Below are positions 1-12,600 of a stretch of DNA of 55,115 bases, piece by piece. Where the stretch lies: the NCBI GenBank assembly GCA_001938485.1, contig MQRK01211111.1:1-55115 (forward strand), given 5' to 3'. Below the pieces are notes generated by a model that was not told the origin of the DNA, did not search any database, and saw only the letters and a program-made list of their open reading frames with translations. The translations under genes and the position numbers were made by a program. The DNA is from Girardia tigrina. Taxonomy: Eukaryota. The number at the start of each line of letters is the position of its first letter. Position 1 is the first letter of the stretch.

Positions 1-429
1 CCTCATAGTTTCAATTAAACATTTTTATTTTATAATAAAACCTCTTATAAGGCAACTTAGTGAAATTAAATAATGAAAATTATCAGGATATTTTTTTCTG
101 CCTGGGGGGACACTTTCATCGGCCACTTCTTACAAAATAATTAAAATGAACCATTTATAAATACAAAAATAATTTTTTTTCCAAGACAGAACCAAGATTC
201 GTTGCATATGCTTTATTGTAAATTTTACTTGATATACATTTAGTAACAAAATATTTTCTTACATCCTTTATTTAATAAATAAAAATCAATTTGACGATCT
301 ATACTCATTAGACTGAAACTATTCTTAATTGGCTTATGATATTCAAATATGAAAAGATATTTCGCCATTCGCAACAGTCATAAATACAGTAGTATTTCAA
401 TATACGAGTGTTTTGAGAAACGAGTCACC

Positions 430-860
430 ATGCGAGCGATATTTATTTTTAATGTCAATGGTAGAGGAGAGTTTTTCTCTGGGAAAATTCATGGGTCTCT
501 AGGTCGGTGAGAGAGAGAACGTACTCATCGAGGAACAATCTCAGTAACTGACAACTGAAGAGTTACAAGATTTACATTCACAGCAGCATATTGTGGTTTA
601 ATGAAAAATTAGTTTTAAGGAGGAGGCAGAATGGAGGAGGTTATCTCTAAAGAGATATAAAGGAAATCTTCAAATGTGGGAGAAAGTTGTAGAGTTCGTG
701 GATAAAAATTACCCCGAACAATTTGTATTTGGTCGTGCATCAAAGTTTTTCAACGAAATTTGCCTAACTCATTTCCGCTTTCTTCGGAAACAGAGGAAGA
801 AACAAACCTCATCGAACAGTTTTTCTATACTCGACGAAGCGCAAAGAATGACGAAAATTA
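430..860 (+). mobile_element. Tigger/pogo-family (TIGD1-like) transposase C-terminal fossil
   Basis: Manual translation across stops and frameshifts gives VEESFSLGKFMGL*VGE..NVLIEEQSQ*LTTEELQDLHSQQH...MWEKVVEFVDKNYPEQFVFGRASKFFNEICLTHFRFLRKQRKKQTS. This matches the typical Tigger C-terminus (LTTEEL; MWEKV..F..K.HP; LF...CL.HFR...K.RKKQTSL). Confidence 0.8.
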
Positions 861-1746
861 AGAGCTTCCGTAAGCACTTTACTTTTTCTTTTATTATTGG
901 AGTGGCATTTTGATTTGACCGAATATTGCGTCATTTTTAAAAAAAATCATTAAAATAATTAAAGAAAAGAAATTAAATAAGTGTAAGTAAATTAAACAAT
1001 TAAATAAAGTTTTAAATAGTTAATTAAAAAAAGTAATTAAAGTAAAAAAAAATAAATATATAATGAAAGCATATAATAATAATAGAATTAAAAAAAAATT
1101 GATCGAGATTCAAATTTTAAAATAACTGTTTAAATAAATCAATTGTTATTGTTGGAATGAATGTAAATTGGGAAAATTTGAAATTGTAGTATGGAAATGA
1201 AAAATGTACGTGTCAAAGTTAAAAATAAAATATTGTCGGCTTTGAATTTTTTGAAATAATATTTTGAAAATAGTAGCATGCCTAAATTAAATAAAACTTA
1301 TCTCGTTGGTTCGGAATTGGAATACGTGAGAATTATCAATGTATACAATTCGAAAATCGATAAACATTAACTTAAAAAGCGGTCATACTTCATCAATGGA
1401 AAAACACTGTGAGAAATATTTTGAATGTTTGATATTTTGTTTTTGAATGTGTATGTTGATTTGGAAATGTGTCTCCCTACCCAGATATATGATTAATATT
1501 TGAATTCTTATTATCTAAAAATATGTAATCTTTAAATTTATTTTAAAATTCAAATAATGGTAAAATTTTAAATAAGTTAATTAATTTTTACAATTTTTAA
1601 TAAATAAATCAAATAAATATTTTTAAAATAATTAATAATCATTTTAATTTTTATCCAATAAGTTTTGAGTAAATATTTTAATAAATTATTTATGTTTCCA
1701 TTTGCTAAAAATAATAAGACTTTATTCACTAATCAATTTAGTTTAG

Positions 1747-2328
1747 AATGGAATTGTGCGAAAGCTTTGACAAAGATTGTCTGAAGGATAATCTAAATTG
1801 TTGTGCAAATAAAAATATGAAAAGTAAAATCGGTGTTCTTAATAAACACAAAGACAAATATTTTTTAAGTGCATCGAATAAATTGTATAATTCTGACTTA
1901 TCTGATGAAAGTCATTCGATTTATTATGACGTTGATAGAGATTGTAAAATAATTGGATTTGATTTCTACGATGAGTCAGTCGTTATCGGTTTTGAGAACG
2001 AAATTCATGTTGTCAATAAAGAAAATTTCTACAATTTAAATGACGTTAAAATGCATCGAGTATCTGTAATTTAAAAATTTTTCGTGAACGTCGATAAAAT
2101 ACTTGATGCACGGTTTCCGCAACAATTATGTTTTTAAAGAATTTGTTATTTATAAATAAATTATTCTTCTTGTAAATACATTTTTGACATTCCAGAAAAC
2201 TTAGCAAAAACAACTGAGGTTAAGTTTATAGAGCTGGAATGGATTAATGAAATATTAATTCATTTAAATGGGAAAATTGCTTTGACATACGAGCAAGGTT
2301 ACTGAACGAATTAAACTCGTATTTCGAG
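1747..2328 (+). pseudogene. Exon-like coding stretch of unidentified protein, interrupted by in-frame stops
   Basis: TTTAG acceptor at 1742-1746 precedes a 108-codon ORF (1748-2074). The same frame continues with protein-like sequence through stops (KFFVNVDKILDARFPQQ; FDIPENLAKTTEVKFIELEWINEILIHLNGKIAL) up to a GAG|GTAACA donor at 2329. Family not recognised. Confidence 0.35.
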
Positions 2329-2844
2329 GTAACACTGTATAGTTAAATAGTTTTTTATTCTTATGATATGTTCACAAAAATACAAAAACTAAAATGTGTT
2401 CATATTTCTGTAAAGATTAAATAAATTATTTCCGTTTCCTCTCATAATTTCAAATCGTTCTGAATTTGAATCTGTACGCCCTACCGATTTTGCTTTCTGA
2501 TTTTTCCAATGTTTGATTGGTTCTTCCTTTCTTCTGAATTCAGTAAATAAATGTAAATAAATATGTAAATGTAAATAAATGTATAGAAATTGAAAATATA
2601 GCATTATGTCCTTTCAGTAATGTAAATATTCTATTAAGTTTTAAAAAAGCTTTATCCATTTTATTTAAATAGGAATGACTTTGACTTGGGAATGTTATTA
2701 AAATTCATCTTCACCTTTTTTCGAAAACAACGTATGAGTAATTAAAAACTAAGTAAATAAATATTTTAAAAATCAAATTTACTAGAAAAATATTTTTTGT
2801 TAGTCAAATACTCAAATGTAATATATAAATTCTTGAACAACAAC

Positions 2845-2971
2845 CTGTGGCTGTCTCAAGCCAAACAATTCCTTGTAGTTCAATGGACGTGCCCGGCTCA
2901 CACGGCCCGAGATACTCTGGCTCCGTCATGGTTGACAGACTCGATGTATTTACACCAATTTCCTTTCCAGT
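2845..2971 (-). CDS. ZNF608: Internal coding exon of a ZNF608/ZNF609/Scribbler (Brakeless) family transcriptional co-regulator
   Basis: 127-nt exon with TTTTAG acceptor and AG|GT donor, translating [42 protein letters not shown](G). It matches the conserved ZNF608/609 motif GVNT...[24 protein letters not shown]. The next conserved exon (LVVNVTWRNKTYVGTLLD) was not found, so it probably lies left of the window. Confidence 0.9.
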
Positions 2972-4500
2972 CTAAAAGTTAATATAATAATAAACATTTA
3001 TAGTGAAAATACTATTAATAATAATAATAGTATAGTGAATTATTATCCGTGATGTCATTTTGAAAACTAAAAGACAATTTTAGAAAAAAAGTTAAATTAA
3101 TTTCAAAGTAATAATTGATTAAACACATTAATAATGTAGGATTATTATGATAAGATTAGTAAATCGTGAAGAATTCTTTTCAAAACCATACTTCATGTGA
3201 ATAAAAATCCCTCAAAAATCGATTAACAAATTCACAATTTTCAACAATATAATCGATTCGGACTCGGTATTTCGGATCCACAAGTCAAACTAGTGGTCAG
3301 ATTTAGGTAGTCGTGTTTCAAAAATAACCGGCCGGTTAAGAAAAATATTTTAATGTTTCAGTGTGGTACAGCTGTTGGACCATGGAAGAATTTTGATATA
3401 TTCGGTCCTACTCAAAATTTTTTGACAGAATAATTGGGGGCCAAATGCTTATTTGCACAGTCTGCTTTTGAAAGCGCCATTATTATAAAAAAAGAGAGGA
3501 GATCTAAGTAAAGACAAGCAAAAAACTTTTGAAAATTTTTGATGAAAAAAATATAACTAAATAATCTCTAATTAATAAGTTATCAAAAACTTTTCTATTA
3601 CGAAAAATACCGTAAATTCATAATATAAAAAAAATTTGAATTTCTTGTTTTCTATTTAATTGATGATAATTATGGGGCAATTACAAAATTGTTTTTGACT
3701 CAATAATCATTGAGATTTGTTTATTGATTCATGTATTGTCATTGGGATTACACATTAATGCAAATTTCAGGCAAACGGACAGCGGGAAGTGAGTGTTAAT
3801 CGTTCAGCAAAAACTTTTCAACGTCCAGGAACTGATTGATCGAGTGATCTGTAGCTGTTTGTGTGCATCGTGTTGTATGTGTTGAAAATGATCAATGAGA
3901 ATGAACCAATTAATTGATGTTAGTTAACAAACCGATATTCAAATAAAATATTAAATTACACACATTTGTCATTTGAAAAATTAAGTTTTTTTATCAACTG
4001 TAAAAATGAAATATATTTTTTTAAACACATTGAAAAGTATTTTTTTCAAAATCTTTATATTTTATATATTTAAATATTGGATGAATAAAAAAATTAATTA
4101 ATTAAGCAAAATAATAATCTATCTTCTTTTGATTTTCGTCATAAAAAATTATTGATACAAATTAAAAAAAATAAATTACACAAAATTTTTGTGAAAATAA
4201 TTTTATTTGGTTTTTTAGGAAAAATATTTAACTTTAATAAAAAATAATAAGTAAGATTTGCTAATGACGTTAATTAACCAGCCAAGAGAAATTATATTAA
4301 ATATTTATGCGTGAATATTTGCTTTCATTGTTAGCGAGGCATCCAATTTGCAAAAGACTTTTAGCAATGATGAATAAACTTTTCGCAGAATCGCTGCCAC
4401 AATCTCGTAGAAAAATTCCAAGAAAGAAAATTTCGCCAATTATCCCTTATCATCAAGATTTTCTATTCCCAGAATATTATAGAATTATCAGACACACACT

Positions 4501-4579
4501 CACACACACAGGCAAAGATACCCAGCTTCTTTTGCACACACACAGGCAAAGATACTCAACTTCTTTTGCACACACACAC
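4501..4579 (+). repeat. 34-bp tandem duplication with (CA)n
   Basis: CACACACACAGGCAAAGATACYCARCTTCTTTTG occurs twice (4501-4534, 4535-4568), followed by (CA)n. Confidence 0.9.
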
Positions 4580-5639
4580 GCCCGCCAAGGCAAACACAAA
4601 CTTTCAATACCTTCTCAAAAATAATGAGTACATTATTGGAAATAAACTGAATTTGATAAAACAAATCAAATATCGATTTTTCTATTAAATAAATAAATAA
4701 ATAATAACAACTACACTTCTAATATTATTGATTTATCAATTAAAGTTATTATTTTCTATTATTAATTAGAATAATATTATTAATTATTAAGAAGTATAAA
4801 TTGATAAAAAAATTACAAAATGAAAAAATATTGGTTGAACGAAACGAGAAATGATTGGTGAATTCTTCTAGAAATATGAGAATTGTTAAAAAAAAGAAAA
4901 AAAATAAAACTATCAGTATAATTTTCAGTCTCTCACTGAGATTTATGTAATAAAAATATGCAGTTTCTCGGTGATATGTAACACCGGGTCGCCGTGGGGA
5001 TAGGCATACAAGGCAGATGGAATGGCATGCTGCCAGCCTCCCATAGGATGACTCCCATTGCTACGAGACCGAACTTTATCATGTCACACATTAACGAATC
5101 AAACTGCTAATTGATTAGAGAATTGCTATTTTGCCTATTAAATTATTATATTTGTTTGGTCGCAAAAATAATATTTGATTTCCACAGGGAACCGCAATCT
5201 TCTCCTGTACCCCGAATAATAATATTCAATAATATAAAAATAAATCAAAATTTTATAAAAAATTAATAGATGGAATTATTAGTTCAGGAAACGAAAAAAA
5301 AAACGGTTTTTAATTTAATTATTTGAAAATATTTTGATATCAAATAACAATTTTTCTCCTGTGTCGTTTATTTTTCCTTTCGTAATTATAAAAATTAAAA
5401 GAAGAAATAATATATACTTTTAAAAAAATGTTAATTATTTAAAAACACTTAAAAATATTGATTTTATTCTTTTTTTGTCAATTTGCCAAATGAAAACTAA
5501 AATGATTATTTTTTTTATAAATAATAATATATTATAAAACAATAAGATTAAATCGAATTCAAGTTCTCTAATTTTATTTTTATTAATAATTAATTTCAAA
5601 ATTTCAATTAAGATAATCTAAAATTTTTGATAAAGAAAT

Positions 5640-6092
5640 TTTAATGTTAAATTAGAAGAAAAACTGAAGCATATTTTGTGTATTCACGGAGAATTTATAT
5701 TATTAAAAATGTGTACAAAATTATTGGATAACTTTTATCAATAATACATGGTGTATCTGTGTCATATTGTGAGCGCTCATCAATGGGTGAAGCCCGTTTA
5801 AATGATTTAGCACAGTAAGTATAGAAAAAAGTATTGTTGAAAAAATCAATTTCGATGATGTCATTGAAAAATTTGCAAGCGTTAAAGCACGTAAAATTTG
5901 TTTATAAAATAATAAAGCTTTAATTAATATTTTTCCAAAATCTAGTTTTTTTACTTACATACTAATTTTAACGTATAAGAGTTGAAATGGGTTGAAAATT
6001 TGTTTATTTTGTATGAGAAAACCTGATAGTAGTTTTCGTTATGAACAGCAACTTTTAGAAAAATTTAGCCGGAACCCCTAGATACGCAACTC
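5640..6092 (+). mobile_element. hAT (ZMYM1-like) transposon 3' remnant: dimerisation domain plus probable terminal repeat
   Basis: Translation gives VSVSYCERS..MGEARLNDLA..SIEKSIVEKINFDDVIEKFASVKARKICL* (about 5751-5907), the hAT C-terminal dimerisation motif. CCCCTAGATACGCAACT near 6075-6091 resembles a hAT-type TIR end. Confidence 0.75.
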
Positions 6093-6559
6093 GATAAAAG
6101 TGAATAAAATACTTGTAAAATTTACTTGAACATTAATAATTCATAATTCCTGTAAAAACATTTTAAAAATATTGAAAGTGTGAGGAGTTAGTGTTACTAC
6201 CATATCGTAATTCAACCATCAATGATAAAACACGACTCTAGTTACCTAATCAGTGATCCGTTGATAGCGGTAAAACTATTGAAATAAGTTGTCTTTATAT
6301 GAAAAGATATATTTTTAACTTAATAACGTGTTATAAAAGTGATCTTTCGATCACCTTGTTGAGTACATTTGAAAGATATAAATATAGATTGGTTACAAAA
6401 TCTTTTAACCCGTCTAACCGTTTAGTTAAAGTAACCTTAACAATAACCATTGTAGTTTAGTTACGTAGTGTAGCACGCTATAATGATATTTCCTGATAAA
6501 TAAATAGCAACAGGAACCAGATTAGATATTGGTTTATGTATCAAAATTTCTTGTGAAGT

Positions 6560-7551
6560 TGTCTGGTGGTACAAGGGAATAAAATGTGATTAGTTAAAAA
6601 TTGTTTTCAAAACTCATAAAAACAATAATAAATCTACCACAATATTACACGCTCACAGTCACTTGGGGGAATCATCGATGGCCTTGCTGATGGTCTTAAT
6701 GATAAAGTATTTCTAATCCTTAATCATATCTGTTTTCATTACCTCGATCGACGCTTGGAGCTTTGTGCAGGTTTTCGATTTTAAATAGACAATATGAAAT
6801 AGTCCATACGGTTCAAATCTGGACACCATGAGCTGATATCCACTGAAATCCAGACTGTAAAGTTTTTAGTAATCCACTGTTGAGTTTCGTTGGGCGTGGT
6901 AAAGTGCAATTATCTTTGGCCAAAATGTCACTGGGTCCATGGCTGTACTTTATCTTCCAACATCAATCAATACTCAAACCTTTTAACTTTCTCAGCCAGA
7001 GGGACAAAAAAATCAGTTTTCTTCTATAGGTCAAGCAAGCACTAACCATTACTTGCTGTGGATTTTGTTTGCGGAACATAATGTCATCCTCGAGGTCTTT
7101 TCGAATACAAGCGGTAGTTTTAATAGTTATACGCTTATTCAACGTTAAATCATTTCTCGTCGGTTAATATGACTCAGTTTTAATAGCTAACTGCGAATCA
7201 CTTTAATTTTGTTCTTTCATGATCCCTCGAGCCTTACCGAGCTTTCTGACCTTAAGTCAAGCTCTCGTAAACATTTTGTGCACAGATCGAACTATAATTT
7301 TTACTGCTTTGGCTTATGTCCTTGTTGACTTATTCTGCGCGCTAGGGTTTCTCTTAATGTCTTTTTAACAAGCGTAATATTTTCATAACTTGAAAGCCTT
7401 GCTCAAACAAGCAAATAATTGACAAACGATATTTTTTTATGGATTTCATATCTAAAGTAGTAATATTTCAAAATAAAAAATATGGATAACGATGTTGGAT
7501 TAAAAAATCTAGAAACCAGTAGTAGCCTCTACCACTTTTGAACACACTATG
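6560..7551 (-). mobile_element. Decayed Tc1/mariner-superfamily transposon (maT/DD37D-like)
   Basis: Minus-strand translation fragments: (L)TDEK.FNVE, FRKQNPQQVMVSACLT, LEDKVQPWTQ, TQQWITKNF, CPDLNRMDY (SPDLNPMDY-like). Putative TIR TA|CATAGTGTGTTCAAAAGTGG ends at 7551. Confidence 0.65.
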
Positions 7552-10239
7552 TATAATTTGTCTACTTTGAAATGAATTTTGGATAACCTTTGGACTGTTG
7601 AGATGATACCAATTGGTAATATCTCTTTAAGACAGGAGCTGGAACAAAAGTAAATGTTTAAATTACATTCTACTTATTTGTAATACTATCCGATAAAAAA
7701 TCTTTTAACTGATTTATGATTATTTACATTCTTTAAAACCTCTTCTCTCAAATGTTTATAAAGCCAAATTATCACAGTTCCTTTTTGATAATATTTTGTG
7801 AATTTATTTGTAGAAATTTCTTTAATTTTATTTTTTAAGAATGTTCCAGATCAAAAAATATTTAAATTAGAATTGAAAAAAAGAAAATTTGAAATTGGAA
7901 TTTTTTATTCCAATTTCAATGCATTATATATGTATATATACATTTTGAAAAAAAGAAAAAAAGTAATTATTATTAAAGAGAAAAATCTTTTAAATTATTT
8001 TATTATTTAATTTGAAATGATTAACATAAAAAAATATTTTATGTTATTTGATAAAAAAAGAAGTTTTGTATTTTGAAAGAAAAGTTTATAAAAAAGTTTA
8101 TATTAATCTTTTAATAATAATGTTTGTTTATATATGTTAAATGTGAGAATTATAATTTGTCGGAAACTAAATTAAGAAAATAAATCGATTTTTGTCTTAA
8201 TTGGAAATGAAAATGTCGTATGCGAATCAGCCTCAATGGGTTTACAATGGATCGAGATTTGTGAATTCAGATGTAGACCCAACACTTGAATGTATATCGG
8301 AACGACAAATCGCCCTCATCAGGGCGCAAATTAAGGATTGTGTGACTATTTCCGGAGAATTGGGGGCTGCTTTACTATGGACCCGAACGTTAATACCTTG
8401 TCCCGCCGGAGACTTGGTGCTGGAAGTCTAAAGGTGTCTCTACTACGTTGTAAAAAATACATTTTATAATAACAAATAATTTCCATAAAAAATGATTGAA
8501 AAAATAAAAATAATAATAATATTGAATTGTTTTAAAATGAATATTCAATTTAGATTGATAATGGTAAAAGTATCATTTATGTCAAAATTGATTTATTGAC
8601 GATAATTAATCATTAAAAATTGGAAAAAAAACTATTTAAATATACAAAATCTCTGATTTTTCAGTACGATAAAATTTCCCTCTTCACAAAAATTCTTTTC
8701 TGTAAGTCTACTAAATATTCACATCACAAGAAAACAATAAATTGTCAAACAAAAATCAACCAATCAAAATTCGACAAATTAAAATATAATAATATTTTTT
8801 GAAAAATTATAAAAGGTAAAAAATTCTGTTTTAAAACAAAAAGATAAAATCGACTCAAATATTGAGATATAATAGAGACACATAAAAAATGGTCACAAAA
8901 AGATTGAGTGAAACATTCGAAAATAATCGATTAAAATAAATTGAGAGATTGTTAAAAAATGCAAATAGTTCAAACTAAAACTGTATAAATCTCTATAATT
9001 CCATAATTTTGTCTGTAAACACAAAGCACAGGCATCAGCCAATCAGAGCATTGCTTGTAGCTCATTCGGTTGATATTAATTATACCAAACATTGATATTT
9101 TTTCTCCAATATTTCTGTTACACTAATTTTACACTGTTATATATTAATCAAATCATAAAACATTAATTTATAATCAATTTTCACCAACATTATTTTAATC
9201 ATATTTATAAAAACTTATAATTATGGAAAATCTTTTATTGGAATAAATTATTTTGATAGTTATCTAAACAAACTGTTTTTATTAAGTATTTTTAAGAAAA
9301 ATCATTTAAACAAAAATAAAAGTTTTAAAAGTAATAATAGTATAATGATAAAATGAGTTTACTATTTTCAATAAAACAGGAAATGAAAATATCATTTTGT
9401 TTAAATAAAAAAAATAAAATGTCTAGTTTAATGAAATAATTTCTTTTTAATATTAGAAATAAATTAATTAAAAGAAATTGAAATAATGTTTTTTTTTTCA
9501 AAATAATTTTCATTAATTTAATATTGTTAATATTTTTTTGACATTTTTCCTTTTCTTTTATTTGTTTTTTTTTGAAAAGACAATATATTAAATTGAATGA
9601 CAAAATTAATTCTGAGATTTTTTGTGTTTTTAATAAAATATATTATTTTTTTAATCAATGAAAAATTATTTCTATAGAATAAATTTAATAAACTAAGTTA
9701 ATTAATTGAATTTTTATTCCAAATAATACTGTTTTATATAAAGTAGCATTATATTTGGAATTATATTTAAATCATTCATAAATTGTTCCATTATATATAT
9801 TTTTCATAATGCTATTTGTATGTAGTCAATATTTAGCCAAATAAAATACAAATTGTCATCTTAAAATCCGGATTAGCGATTATTCACAACCAAGTCGATC
9901 GAGTATGGTTCGTGATCACTGGTTACATCGCTTTTCAAAAGCATTTTCAAATTTTAAAATCTTTAAATTTAAAAACATTTTGAGTATCCTCTTGTGTAAA
10001 TCAATCAACTACTCAATATTTTGAATTTTGTTGTAAATTTAACCAAATTGTAATAATGTATTGAACGTTTTGTGTAATAAAAATCTTTTCTAAAAAAACG
10101 AAAAACAAATGAAAGGAAATTAAAATACTATGATTATTTTTTAATAATAAAGCATTAAAATAGAAGAAAAACGAAATAATAATATTAATGATAATAATAA
10201 AAAAATCTATTTCATATTTTTTAAATAAAATCTTTTAAA

Positions 10240-10330
10240 TCCATTTTAAAAACATTATTGCTGAAAATGTTTCGATAAGCCAATTTGATCGTCTTAGGCA
10301 AATTAATATAGAAAATCAATGTATATGGAA
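10240..10330 (-). mobile_element. Probable solo PLE 3' tail with degenerate hammerhead
   Basis: Minus strand reads TGC-CT(g)AAGA-C-GAT...ATC-GAAA-CATT-TT-CAGCA-ATAAT-GTTTTTAAAATGG, the same order of motifs as the other PLE tails. Confidence 0.4.
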
Positions 10331-11609
10331 ACCAAAAAAAAGTGTATTTTATTATTTGTATTGAAAATCATGGTTAATTATACACTATTATACATTAATT
10401 AATCTGCGAAATTGGAAAAGTATGTTTTGTATATTCGCAGAGATCGCCGACGATGAAAGAATTTATATTATTTAATTTTTACTATAATAATATAAAATTA
10501 ATTTAATAATAATTATTAAATAAAATACTATTTTGTGGATTACTATATGTATTAAAATTTAGAAAAATATTAAGTTGCTGAAAATATTATTGTAGTAACC
10601 AAAAAATTAAATATTAATATTTATAAATATATCTATATATTAAAATCCAATATTCATATTTATATAAGAAAAAACGGTTCAACACTACAAAAAAACTAAT
10701 TATAATTTTTGATTAAAAAACAGCTTGTTTATTCTAATTATTGTTTGTGAAAAATTTAAATAATAAAATTTTTTTTTCTGATTTTTAAAAATGGTTTTTG
10801 ATTTACAAGATTCAAATTGTGAATTGAAATCGTTTTGATATCATTTAAAATCGCTACTGTGCTTCAATTCAATCGATGAATATTGATAATTTCATCGCTG
10901 TCAACAACAACCCGCCGCTGACCATCGTCGAATTGTTGCCACTCGATTACTGTCACTCGAGCTATCCCTTTCGATTTGTGGCACTGCAATCATTTCGATA
11001 GGCTAAATACAAAGGTCACATCTCTGGATTCGACGACCTCTTTGAATTAATCGATCATGCAATTCAATCCCATCAATCGGCGCTCAAAGAGATCATTGTT
11101 TTGTTCGTATCAGCGAGTCGTCGAGCACTATCAACCATAATCGACAGAGGTAGTGGCCACTTGTATAAAGACCGAGCCCATAGTGGCGTGCCACCGTTAA
11201 AGATCCAATTTTTAAATGCCAATTTTTCCTTTCCGCTATTATTTATAGACGCGGGTACACTTCAAATAGAATTTATAAAATAAATTAAATAAATAAAAAC
11301 AAATCTATTTTTAGTTAATGAAAAAATGTTTATTTTATTTTAATCATTTATTTATGAGTAAATAGTAATTAAAATTCTTAATTTAATAAAAAATTATGAA
11401 ACATAAAATTAAAATGATAAAATTATTAATAAAAAATCACAATTGTTAATTATTATTTTTATGACTACATTTTATCAGAGCAGATCTTAATATAAAAATT
11501 AAATAGATTTTCCTCCAATCTAAAAATACAATTAATTAAAACAATAACGAAGATGTGAATAAAAGGAAAGATTTCAACAAACATAAATCAATCAAGTGTA
11601 ATTAATGTG

Positions 11610-11720
11610 AGTCTTGTGAGTCTTGCGAGTGTGGGGCCCCGTCCGTCTGTCCGTCGGGGTGCGTGTTTGAGTCTCATATCTCCAAGATTAATGCTGCTTT
11701 ACAAACGAATCGTGATTTAT
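11610..11720 (+). mobile_element. Possible helentron-associated (HINE/DINE-1-like) non-autonomous element fragment
   Basis: GTCCGTCTGTCCGTC (GTCY microsatellite) followed by ...CATATCTC, a layout typical of DINE-1/HINE 5' regions. Confidence 0.35.
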
Positions 11721-11899
11721 TTTTTCCCTGGAAAATCGTTTGTAAGAAATTTAACAAATTGATCGATTACGTGTTTTTTCCTTATTATAATATTGTTATT
11801 ATTACACTATGCTTGGTTTGAGAATTGAAAAAGAGGATGTTTCTCTTTTAAAATATTATTATATCATTGTTTAAATTTATTTATATTTATTAACCAAAA

Positions 11900-12600
11900 C
11901 ATGTCATTTGTACAACAAATTTTTATTTTTTAAGATAATTAATTTTGAGGGTATAACCGTCATCGTTAGGTCTCAAGAATAAAATAAGTTTTCATCTGCT
12001 TATATAGGCAAGCAGTGATTATGTCATAAATGTATTGTGATATCATCTAAACACGCTTAATAGAGTTTTTGAAAGACCCGTTTGCACATTAATCTTAGGA
12101 TCTAAAGATCTGATATAAAGTGCTTCACAGGCCACCCTCTTCCAATAGTTTTTAAAACGAATACACAGAATTTTAAAATCATTTATGTTTATATCTGTGA
12201 TCGAATTACAACCGTTTCTATGTTCGACAATATTACTCCCATCCACATTACAACAATATTCTTTGATCCTCCTACAGAGATGACGGGACGTCTTGCCCAT
12301 GTATGTGGCATTACACCCATTACATATAAACTGATATACGAGATCCGAACATATTCCAAATGGGTTTGGAGATTTATTACAAAATCTAAATAAATAATAA
12401 CGAACATAATCCAAACAAAATTTTTTAAATTAAAGACATTATTTACATATTTTTAAATGGAATGTTTAAACTGACAAATTCGTTTGGAATATTGAATGAT
12501 TAAAACGTATTTTAAATTTGGTGGTTTTTCTATATCATTTTAAATCGGTTTAAATAATTAATTTATCAATTGTTTCTTTGGTCAATTTGTCTTATATTAT
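11900..12600 (-). mobile_element. Penelope-like element 3' fragment (GIY-YIG endonuclease plus tail)
   Basis: ORF 12043-12414 reads LVYQFICNGCNATYMGKTSRHLCRRIKEY...NIVEH...FKIL...RVACEALYIRSLDPKINVQ, a PLE GIY-YIG domain. It is followed by TATATAAG, a degenerate hammerhead and AATAAA. Confidence 0.9.
11934..11972 (-). ncRNA. Degenerate minimal hammerhead ribozyme (PLE tail)
   Basis: GAC-CTaACGA-T-GACGG-TTATA-CCcTC-aAAA-TTAA-TT-aTC; four substitutions (lower case) from an intact hammerhead of the 17227-17265 type. Confidence 0.7.

Noticed and set aside
1902-1921. CTGATGA as hammerhead core
   Set aside because: No stem II or GAAA at a suitable distance. The same applies to the CTGANGA hits near 17811, 27829 and 40099.
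2389-2604. Minus ORF as the next ZNF608 exon
   Set aside because: Lacks the expected LVVNVTWR/YVGTLLD motif, and its start is a low-complexity repeat.
4307-4624. 105-aa ORF
   Set aside because: Length is inflated by the (CA)n-containing tandem duplication; no recognisable homology.
7798-9603. AT-rich ORFs (7798, 8620, 9325; likewise 39010, 47514, 54661)
   Set aside because: K/I/F/N/L-dominated translations expected by chance in about 80% AT DNA.
11934-11972. Three G-to-A changes in the hammerhead as evidence of cDNA deamination
   Set aside because: Too few sites; ordinary GC-to-AT drift explains them.
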